Virus record (IMG/VR): IMGVR_UViG_3300027798_000119
Coordinates: 1-35,853 of that record
Strand: one strand, 5' to 3'
Source: a virus
Lineage: Duplodnaviria > Caudoviricetes
DNA length: 35,853 nt
In this document: piece by piece, positions 8,867-19,600 of the stretch
Layout: every line of letters starts with the position of its first letter
How positions within the stretch are numbered: position 1 is the first letter of the stretch
Program-made: the position numbers and the translations under genes
Notes under the pieces: generated by a model
The model's database searches: none
What the model was told of the DNA's origin: nothing
Seen by the model: the letters and a program-made list of their open reading frames with translations, nothing else

Positions 8867-8874
8867 TATTTATT
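8867..8874 (-). promoter_or_regulatory. T4-type late promoter (AATAAATA) with an upstream ATAAACTAC element at 8890-8898
   Basis: Intergenic, 20 nt upstream of the ATG at 8846, with an AAGAGAG RBS-like sequence in between. Confidence 0.75.
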
Positions 8875-8941
8875 CGTTTGTATAATGTGGTAGTTTATTG
8901 TCAACTGTCTGTTAAATTTTTGCATGTAGTTACACTATTTG

Positions 8942-10642
8942 TTACACTATATTGATAACGTTGCCCATACCGCTGTGTAATGTACACTGATAATACAGGG
9001 TTGAAGGGGCATTCATAGGCACTATAAATGTCTGGGTGCCAGTTTGACTGCCGCTGACACCAGAGGTATAAGCACTGCCACCATTGCTGACTCTGATTGC
9101 AAATGGGTGGGTACCGCCTGTGGTATTGACAAACGTGTAGGTGAATCCTTTATAGAGGTAAAGTACAGGATCAGTGGTATTGCCTGACTCTATACCGGGT
9201 CCACTGAATGTGTAATTAGTGCTGTCACTGGCTGATATTGACCATGATATACCGCTACCTGCATACTGTGGTATATTTAAAGTGTTGCTGGTAAACGTGG
9301 CAGCACCGCTGGATCCAGTTGTGGTTAATGTGATAGGTGCTTGATAATCAGTACCTGCTGTGGCAGCTGATATAGCAGTAGCATTGCCTTTTAATATGCC
9401 AGTGATGCTGGTTGCAATTGTGATAGCAGGAGTTGTGGTGCTGGTTGCCACTGTTCCAGTAAATCCATTTGCACTGACCACACTTGTTGATGTCACCGTA
9501 CCACTGCCGCTACCACTTGCAACTGTACTTGGAATCCACTGACTTGTACTAGTTTGCCAAGTTAATACTTGTCCGTTTGTGGGTGTTGCACTGGATGTGT
9601 CAACATCACTTAAAGCATTGATGCTGGTAGCAGAATATGCTGCCGGAACATCACTGGCATTGGCCAGTGCTAACCAAGCGCCGTTGTGTGCAAAATACAT
9701 TTTTCCATCTGAATGGCTATGTGCTATGGCTCCGTGATAAGTAGTGGCACTTGGAAATGCTGCCTGATTATCATAATGGAAAGGAATAACACTACCTGCA
9801 ATTGGTGCAATAATTGCTCCAAGATCCGTAATTGTCACTAGAGAATTTTGCAGTAATTTTCCTGTGGTAGCATCAAATCTTGTGATTGCATTGTCTGTTG
9901 CTGTGGCTGGGCCAACTACATTTCCTACATACTGCGGTATGTTCAAGGTGTTAGCACTGAATGTGGCGGCGCCGCTTGAACCAATAGTGGTCAGAGTAAT
10001 AGGTGCTTGGTAGTCAGTGCCAGCAGTAGCGGCTGATATGGCAGTGCCATTGCCTTTCAACACACCAGTGATACTGGTTGTGATTGTGATTGCAGGAGTT
10101 GAACTGGCAGTGGCCACAGTGCCAGTAAATCCATTTGCAGAAGCAACACTTACAGTAGTAACTGTGCCAGCGCCAGCGCCGCCAGCGGTAGCATCAGCAT
10201 CATTGATCCATTGCGAGCCGTTGTATTTTAATATTTGTCCGGCACTTGGGGTAGTAATAGTGACACCAGTCAATGTACTTAAACTGCTTGGAATAGAGGG
10301 CTTGTTAGTTAAGTCAGTATAACTTCCACTGAACAATGCGGGCTTGTTAAGAACAACACCTAACCCGTTAACTGCTGTCCAATCACTCTGTACTTGTGCG
10401 GCTGGAATAGAAGGCTTGTTGATTAAATTATTATAATCGGTAGTTCCGCCAGTGACCGTTGCCCAACTTAACGAAGTACCATCTGTTGTTAAAAATTTTC
10501 CACTGTTGCTGTTTTGACTTGGCAAACCGTTGGTCAAATATAATTCAGTAAAATTAGCGTTTATCTTGATGCCCGCTTCAAGAAGGCTATCTCCTCTACC
10601 ATCGTTGGGTACAATTCCTGTATTAATTAATTGTTGTGACAT
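8942..10642 (-). CDS. Fibre protein with a T4 gp9/gp10-like N-terminus, an internal duplication and a C-terminal cupredoxin-like domain (566 aa)
   Basis: The N-terminus QQLINTGIVPNDGRGDSLLEAGIKINANFTELY matches the gp9/gp10 baseplate-attachment motif. The C-terminus has HPF...LYYQCTLHSGMG. Confidence 0.85.
   Translation of the reverse strand: MSQQLINTGIVPNDGRGDSLLEAGIKINANFTELYLTNGLPSQNSNSGKFLTTDGTSLSWATVTGGTTDYNNLINKPSIPAAQVQSDWTAVNGLGVVLNKPALFSGSYTDLTNKPSIPSSLSTLTGVTITTPSAGQILKYNGSQWINDADATAGGAGAGTVTTVSVASANGFTGTVATASSTPAITITTSITGVLKGNGTAISAATAGTDYQAPITLTTIGSSGAATFSANTLNIPQYVGNVVGPATATDNAITRFDATTGKLLQNSLVTITDLGAIIAPIAGSVIPFHYDNQAAFPSATTYHGAIAHSHSDGKMYFAHNGAWLALANASDVPAAYSATSINALSDVDTSSATPTNGQVLTWQTSTSQWIPSTVASGSGSGTVTSTSVVSANGFTGTVATSTTTPAITIATSITGILKGNATAISAATAGTDYQAPITLTTTGSSGAATFTSNTLNIPQYAGSGISWSISASDSTNYTFSGPGIESGNTTDPVLYLYKGFTYTFVNTTGGTHPFAIRVSNGGSAYTSGVSGSQTGTQTFIVPMNAPSTLYYQCTLHSGMGNVINIV
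9263..10168 (-). repeat. Diverged 80-codon internal duplication (9929-10168 and 9263-9502)
   Basis: GTVTTVSVASANGFTGTVAT...AGTDYQAPITLTT.GSSGAATF..NTLNIPQY occurs twice, with many synonymous differences. Confidence 0.9.
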
Positions 10643-10647
10643 TCTTT

Positions 10648-13600
10648 TTATCCTTGATCAAATGTTATTGTTGTGTTATCGAATGATGTGTTGCTGTCAA
10701 AAGTAGTGACAGTGGTAGCAGTAGTAACTGTACTTATTTGTTTAAAGTCACTATACCAAATTCCAGGACTGGCTTTTAAAAATTCCGAAATTTTGCTAGT
10801 ATCGTTTTGTATGTTAACAACGTTATCCCAAGCAATTCCAGTTCGTTTGACCACAGTGACCTGAGTTCCTGAATTTAATAAATTAGTTAATCTTATTCGG
10901 TTAGTTGTTCCGTCTACTGAAAAATCTGCATCAAGCTGAACATCGCCTTCGGGGCTGTAAGGGCTGTTATTCACATTGTGTACTTTGTACGGACTCTTTT
11001 TCAATCGTATATTTCCAATAAAGAATTTCCAGTTATCAGAATCTGTACTAAACACCGCTGAACTAATGTGGTTTACTATGCATCTGTAAGTATAAGATCC
11101 TACATTTACAATTGTTCCAATGGTGTAACTTGTAGCAGATGTCCAACTGGATCCCTGATCATAGCCGCCAACAAACACTTCAACGTCATCTGATTGGCCA
11201 AAATTTGCAGGAATTGCGCTTGAATATCCAGTGCCATAAGTCCAAGTAGTGCTAGATTTTTTTGGAGTAAACGGTAAATTTACAAAGGCAGTGCCGTCTG
11301 ACAATATCTGTTCAGTGATTGAAGTTTCAATATACGGAACAGTTTCTGACGGGCCGATGTCTTGAACAAACGTTCCGTATGTGTTTAATGAATATGCACC
11401 TGTGCCCAACGTTCCTCTACGTAATTTTCCTAAAACATTTCCTTGTTTAGAGAAATATTCAATTCTTTCTCCTCGGATTTCAATTACACCTGGTCGATTA
11501 AGAACAGGATTTGGTACGTCAAAGTTGGTTGCATCAGCAAGCACAATGGTCAAATCGTTTAATTTTAAATTTCGAGCAAGTGTTGTTCGTTTGTTTAAAC
11601 TTAGGCGTTTAAAATGAACACGATTCAGCATGTCTTTAAATTGCATGTATGCAATTCCAGATGTTAACACGTTACTACTAAAAGTAATCAAAGTTATTTT
11701 ATCTGTAGAACTAGGTATGATTGCTAGCTGAATAGTTTCTTTATCATCGTTTAATTTGTAATCAATACTAGGAACTAATAGTGTTGTGTTTCTTATAACC
11801 CAAATATAATTGTCATCAATCACAGACCTATCTAATTTTACAGTTCCGTTGGAAATAGATGTGTACTCGTAAAACTCAATTGTGCCGGGCGTCAATTCAA
11901 TATTAGATGTAACACTGACTGAAGTTCTTTCAATGTCCAATATATTATGATTGTAAGAACTAATAATTTCAACAACAGTTGCTAATGGATATACTGTTCC
12001 AAAAGTTATAGTGTTTAACGTAGAGTCATACACATAGCCGCTAGAAGATACCACACTAACTACTAATTGTTTTCCAGAATATATTGTGTACACTGCTCGA
12101 TTAATTTTAACGGTGATGCCACTCAAATCTATAGTATAGTCAGATCCCAAATTTAATTTTACACCGTCAGCAAAAACATTTATTTGATCAACTGCTACAG
12201 AATATGGCAATGTCTTTTTAGAATCAAGAGTATAGTTTAGTCGATTACTACTAATTTTAAAATAACTGTTATTGGGTGCTGGAAGAATATTCTGTCCAGC
12301 CCGTACAATCATATTTGACTCATTTGGAAGTTTATTTCCAATAGAAAACACTAATGGATAAGTTGTGCTTGTGCCGTTTATTGCAATTTTTTCTGTTTTA
12401 GTTACTGCAAATGTTTGTTGATTGCCGCTAACAATAGTAAAATTAATTAAAGAATTTACAGGAGGAATTATTCCAAATCTTAACCCAACAGCGTTGGCAA
12501 ACTCATATGTGCCGTCAGTTTTAAATAATTCAGGAGTATAAATTTCTCCATTAATATAAACTAAAGTTGTTAAAGAATCTTGCCAGGGAGCTTTTGTTAT
12601 AAACTCGCTAGTTACACCGTCACCAATAAAATAGTCAAGGTCTAAGATATTTGAACCGTTAAATCCTATATTAAAGACTGTAACTAGTTGGCCAGTAGTG
12701 GGTGCTACTTTTAAACTAACTGTTTTGTTTTTATAATCAAGTGTGTAATCGTCATCAAGAGATTTTATATTGTTTCCAACTTTTACAATAATTGCTGTGT
12801 TGCTATTGGGGTAGATAGGTAAAGTAAAATCTTTGGTTGACCCGTTACCAATAAAATTACTAATTTTAATATTAGACGAACCTGATTGTGGTCTATCAAA
12901 TACTTTAATAGCAACTGAATCCACTACCTGTCCTGGTACAACTTCTTCAGGTGCAGGACTACTAGTTGGTGTTACAAACCCATCACCGTCTACCAAGATA
13001 TCGTCTGCTGCCAATCCTGTAGCAGTACTGTATGCAAGATCTCCACCTTTGATAGAAGTATCATAATCATTTTCTGAAGGCGCAACTGATCCGTCACTAG
13101 TGCTCTTACGTAAAATAAACACATCCCCTGTTGCAACTACAAATGTATTTGGAATTGTGAATGTAGCAGAACTGCCGTTTGACACAGGAGTAGTTAAAAT
13201 TGCAGTTGTGTTAGTTTGTGCAGATGTTCCGTAAGCTGTATCGTCTAATCTAGTTGGATCAATTTTACCAGTAATATTAAGAACAACCCCAGAAGTTAAC
13301 GGGCTAGTTAATGACAATGTTCCGTTAGCATTAATAATTATATCATTTGGTTCTACCAGCGTTCTGGTAGCTGTGATGTTTGTGTTATTTGGTATATTTG
13401 CATATAACACTTTGTTGATACTGATAGTTGTGCTATTGATGATTCCTGTAATTACTGTATCATATGTAAAGGTAGATACCGTAGCACAAGCCAACACATC
13501 ACCAACATATAAAGTTGCGGTGTTGTTAACAGTTAGTTTAGTGCTACCAGCATAGTTATACGAGAATACCAAAGTTCCAGAAGGTGCGCTATCCGGTGCC

Positions 13601-16600
13601 GCGTTCAATAACACTGTGGTAGCATCAATAATTGCTGTCACAGTACGAGTCCGTGGAAAACCAGTTCCTTGAACTGCCATGCCAACCACTATACCAGTAG
13701 TGCTTGAAACTTTTAATGTGGTATCAAAGTTACCAGTTAACGCAGTTACAGATATACCAGCTGTAGGTACTGTGGTCACTGTGGTTGCAATTGGTGCGTT
13801 TGCAAGAATATTATAAGTAAATTCTGTTGATATTCCGTTCAGCGTGTAGGTATCAACATTGTTTTTTATGTGATAAATGTTAATTGCTGTCCCAGCTGTA
13901 GGAATATACGGCATTGTAAACGAATGTGTATTTGCGGCCACTGTTACAAAAAAATCATCAAATGTAGGATCAAAATTATCCCATTTATCTTGAAAGAATG
14001 GAGACGAATCCCAGCCGGCCAACACGTTGAATCCCAACCCGTTGACAACAACTCCGCCATAATCAATGCCAGTCATTAGTTGACTTAAATCTCTACCTAG
14101 CTGGCCAACTCCTGGAGTATAATGGTATTGTATTCTGTCAGATGCGTTTAATACCGTTTCATCAATGTTATAATTAATAACTACTGTTGAATTATTGGCA
14201 GGAGCATATCCTACTGCAAATGTTATTTGCCCATAGAAAGAAGTAAATCCTCTTGTAATTGATGTTATAGTTTTCAACGTGTAATTTTCTCTTAGCACTG
14301 GAATATTATTCACAGTGACACTGGATTTGCCAACACGTATATCCGGAGCCCATTTTAAATTAAATTGTAATGTACTACCGTTACCTGCATACGTTTCAAC
14401 TTGCTTAATTTGTGTTACATAATTTGTTTGAGTTGTTCTATCGAATTTAATTCCAATATGAGCAGATCTCACAACGCTATTTCCAATTATTGCAATTGCT
14501 TTTGCTTGTGTACCAGTAACAGAATATCCGCCATCAATAGTAATCACAGGAGTTTGTAAATATCCAGTTCCGGAGGTTAATAATATAATCCTATTAACTT
14601 TTCCATTAGTAAAAAATGCTCTGGCTGTGGCGCCGGTACCGGTTGGACTAGTAATTGTCACTGTTGGTGCTAAAAAGTATCCCGAACCACCGTCAACAAT
14701 TACTATTTCAGTAATGCTAAATCCATTATTATCTAACCAGAATTTCCACGGATAATTTTGTATACCTGCGTTGTCTGATTGTATAACTCCGTTGTTTACT
14801 GTAACATTGATTAATTCAATATTTCCAGTAGTATTGTTATAAATTGGTTGTAAATCAAAATCAGTTATTGGTAATTGTGCAGTATCTATTCCGTCATAGT
14901 TACTAACATATTCTCTAATTTTAGTTTTATAGGGTTTCACTTCATTTACATAATCTTCAAAATTGGATAAATTATCAACAGGATAGTTTACTGGCTGATC
15001 AAGCTGGCCTATATTGTGTTGAGTTTTTACAAAACTAGTTTTAAAAATCCAATCTATATATAGTTGTTCGCTAAAAACATATCGAATGCTTTCAAAAAAT
15101 AAATCTAAATAATTTTGTTTTAATTCGTTAATAAAGATTTTATTTTTAACTACATTTAAAATAGTTTTTAATTCAACACTGGCAACAACGTCAAACGAAT
15201 CACCGTCGTATGTGCTTGAATCATATCCCACATTGGTACCAGTAAATTGATACAACGATGGACTTAACTGAATTGTGCCGTTTTCTATTCCAATAACCCG
15301 ATAAGATGCAGTCCAGTCAACACTGGTTGAATTATTATATTTTTCTACAAGTAGCCAACCTCCTGCGTTGGCAACTCTTACTTTAACAATATCTCCAATA
15401 GTGGAATCAATTGAATTTAGATTAACAAATGTGTTAACTGCGTAGTCTGGACTTACAAACTGATTGAATCCAGTTGCATACCAATCAACATATTTCCAAT
15501 ATTGTCTTACATCGTAGCTTTGTGTCAATGTGCGCGACCAAACTTTATAGATATTATCATAGGAATATATGCTCCAGCGGTCAGACGCTTGTGTATCGCT
15601 GTGTACTAATACAGAATAATTTCTAACTGACAATTTAGTTGTGTGTCCGTATCCCTCGCCTTGTGATGATATAGTCACTCCTGTAACTTGTCCAAGTGTG
15701 TTTATGGTTGTTTTAATTTCAGCACCAACTCCTGCACCAGAAATTTTCACAAACGGAGCAACTAGGTAACCTTTACCGCTGACGGTGATAAGAACATCTA
15801 CTATTTTACCGTCAACAATAACTGGAGTTAACTTTGGTGGAATAAACCCAGTTATGTTTGCGTATCCTAGTTCTAAATCAGTATCTAATACAGTATCATA
15901 TAAACCGTAAACAATATTTGGTTCTTGATCAAACGAATCTAAATCAGAAATATCGCTGTTTTCTGCAATTTGTTCTGTGATGAACAATCGATTTGCAGTT
16001 TCAACAAATTGTTTAAGTGCTTCAAATCTGTTTACAAACATGCTTTGTCTTGGTCTGTTTTCAATACCGTATTTTAATTTGTCAGGCAAAGACATATCAG
16101 GAACCAATAATCCCTTGCTGTCTGTGCCACTTAAACTGTCAAACCATTTTTGTTCTATCATGTTTGGAATATTACTTGTAGGATCAGTACTGATTAGTTT
16201 ATACTGATTGTGAATATTTTGATCAGTGATTCCAGTAGTCCAGTATTCAATCGATAATACAACATCTCTGTCATTTAAATAATTTTTAATATTTGTAAGA
16301 CTGAACGAATTCAATCCAGTTAATGCAAGATAGCTATATGCTTGTCCCCGTGGATTAGAAATTAAACTAGAAACATCAGATGCTGATAATTTTCTTCCTA
16401 CTACATCAGGAATAACTTTTTTATTCTTAACCCAGAAATAATATTTGTTTTTAAATGTCTTACTAATTTTATCATAAATTTGTTTTGTAGCATATACAGT
16501 GTCTCCGTAAAGAGACTGTCCACTAATATCCAAAGTGATACCAGCAGGTGTGTCTGCTTGTGCATCCCATTTGCTTGGTAACAAATTAGTTTCAACCCAT

Positions 16601-19600
16601 TCATAGATATCAATAGTTGATCCAGTTGCTAGAGTATTCCACGTGCTGTTTCGATAAACTAAATTGGCATCGTAACTGTTAATAAATTTAGCATTACGTA
16701 AATCCCACCATAGGGTTCCTGTTTGAATTTCGCCCCAAGTGCTGGTCTCGTCAACGTTGACCTGAGATGTTCCTATTGAATAAGTTGCAGGATCATAAAA
16801 TGTTTTGTATTTTATTTCTTCTTCAGCAGGCCCTGCAATTTTTCCCTGTAAAGGATCAATTGTGTCAAGGTAGGTGAGTAACTTTCCAGTAACTTTGTTA
16901 TATAAGAAAACTGATTTAATCTTAGTAATGTCAGGCACTGCTACTTGTGTGGAATTAACACTCCAACTGTATTTTCCAGATAATTTTCCATAATTATACA
17001 CAGTGCCAGAATTAACTACTGTACCAGTATCAGTAAACGGTGCTCCTACAAATATTTGATTAGATCCCACAGCAAATCCAATGCCGTATCCGTCATTTTG
17101 TAAGGTAGTAGTTGGTAATGTTTCACTCCAAACCCATTTGGAATTGTATCTATCATATACATCAATTCTTCCGCTATCTACATTTCGTATTCTAAACGAT
17201 GTAGAATTTTTATCAAACGTTGTTTCCTTTTCGTCAAACGATGTACTTAAATATATGTCGCCTGCTTGACTGTAAATTACTAAAGTTTTGTCATCGTTCA
17301 TGAACGATAACTTGGATCCAAATCTTCCTGAAGATTCTGGAAGATGTGGAATAATGTCTTGATACTTGATGTACTGGCCACTAGATTGTAATGCATATAC
17401 ATCAACTTCACCAGTTTGATTAATGGCAGATACAGTGGAAAAATCATCGCTAACAGCAAAATAGTTACCAGACGGCGTAATACTGATACTTTGGCCAAAT
17501 GTGAGACTAGATCCAGTAATAGTTTGGATTAGTGATGGTAATGCACCACTATTATCATAAACATAAACTTTTCCAGTTGTGTTTCCATTTGACGCACTTA
17601 CTAGCAGTTTGCTAAAATTATCATTAATTGCCAGCGAACTTGCATAGTTGTTCCCTATGACAGTGCCTGTTAGTGAAAACTGATTATCATATGCCCAGTC
17701 AGTTGTTACAAAGTTTAAAATACCGCTTGGGGTACTTGATGGATTTCCGCTTAATAATAAAGTTGTCGAACTTAATACACTTATTACATATTGTGTTCCT
17801 GAAAAACCAGTTCCTTGTACAAACATACCTTCTCTAATGCCCGAGGTAGATGTTACCACTATTGTAGAATTAGAACTACCAACTGGATTATATGCAGAAC
17901 TTGCTTCAACAGAATCTGCATAATTTAATCTGTATATTTTTCCTCGAGTACTATCGTATCCAGTTGCACTAACATATAAACAGTTGTTACCAAACACCAA
18001 GGAAGAACCAAAGTTTTCTCCAGCGGCAGCTTGAGGGCTAACGATAGATGCTATAAAATTGTAATTATTATTAGGATCTTTTTCATACAAGGAAATTGCA
18101 CCTTGTTCTAGTAACAACGAGTTTGTTCCGCCAAGATTAACTGGAATATATGATACTTTTTTCCAAGAAGAAATACCAACACCTGATACTGTGTTAACAG
18201 CCGTGATTGATACAGAATCAACAGTTACAATTAAATCATGAAGTATATCTCGCCCGCCAATATTGGATCCCAATATCTTGATTTTATCGCCAGCTAAGTA
18301 TCCAGCGCCGCCAACATTCCTCACAAGTGTGTAACCAGTTAATGTCGGAGTAACATTAAATGTTGCTCCGGTTCCTAATATTACTTCTGCCGGTAACGAC
18401 AAATAATTTTGTGCAGGCGTTGTGCCAATTACTGATACAGCAGTGATAGATTGTTCAATGGCTCCAGTTACTGTGATTATGATGTCGTTTACTGTGTCAA
18501 CTCCGCCTACCGCAGTTCCAAGTATTTTTAATTTATTGCCAACCTTATAGCCTGCGCCGCCAGAAATCACCTTAACTGAAAACGTTGCTCCAGTCACAAC
18601 AACTGTGAATCGAGCACCTTGTCCAATAGTTAATGAAGTTCCTAAAACATTGGTGTAAATTGACTGGATTGAATTATCTACTTGATAATATATTCCATTA
18701 CTGTAAACAATATTTGCTGTTGAATAAGAGACCCCTTGGACATAATTTACAACAAATTTTGTTGCGGCATAGCTTGCTTTGGGAGATCCAACAGCCATCC
18801 ATTTTTTATCATTTGAAAATGCAATAACAGTTGAATGTATGCCTGTGGAATTTAAATTTATGCTTAACACTGGAATTAAAAATCCTGATCCAGTACCGCC
18901 CATAGATGCCGAATTAACAGACAAATTGTTTCCAGGTTGATATCCCGTGCCTGATTGATTTAAAATAACATTGACAATTTTTCCATTTTTAACAGTGATA
19001 TCAGCAGTTGCTCCAGTGCCACTGCCGCCAGTTAATGGAACGTCAATGTAAGTTGAGGTACTTGCAGTTGGTGTATAGCCCGAACCCGCAGTGTTCACAA
19101 TTGTGGTAGCAAAATTTGAACCAATACCGCCAATATTGATAGCGGCCGTTGATAATACTTCTCCAGACACGTACTGATTATCTATAGATACCAGTGTTAC
19201 ACTAAACACTGATCCGTTCTTAACAGTGATGTTAGCAACTGCTCCGGACCCAGTACCGCCTGTTAACGGAACGGATGTATATGATTCTGTTCCAAACGAA
19301 GGGGAATACCCAGAACCTGGACTGGTCAATGTTAATGTTGATTCTATACTGGTAACATTTAGTGCGGCAATAACACCATACTGAAAGCCTGTGTTAATAT
19401 TAGCAGATATTTGTGGGCTTTGAATTAATTGTTGTTTAGTCCATGCTGGTACAACTCCAGGTTTAACAAAGGTTGTTATTTTTCCATCTGTTGTACTCAA
19501 GGCTGCAATGTCACCTTGCTTAGTAACTGCTAAAGTTCTACCATAATTTGATCCCACCTTGGGATACTGATCTGTTAAGGCAGTTTGATTATAAATTGGA

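Noticed and set aside
8876-8904. TTGACA (minus, 8899-8904) and TATAAT (plus, 8881-8886) as a sigma70 promoter
   Set aside because: They are on opposite strands, and neither has a good partner box at 16-18 nt spacing.
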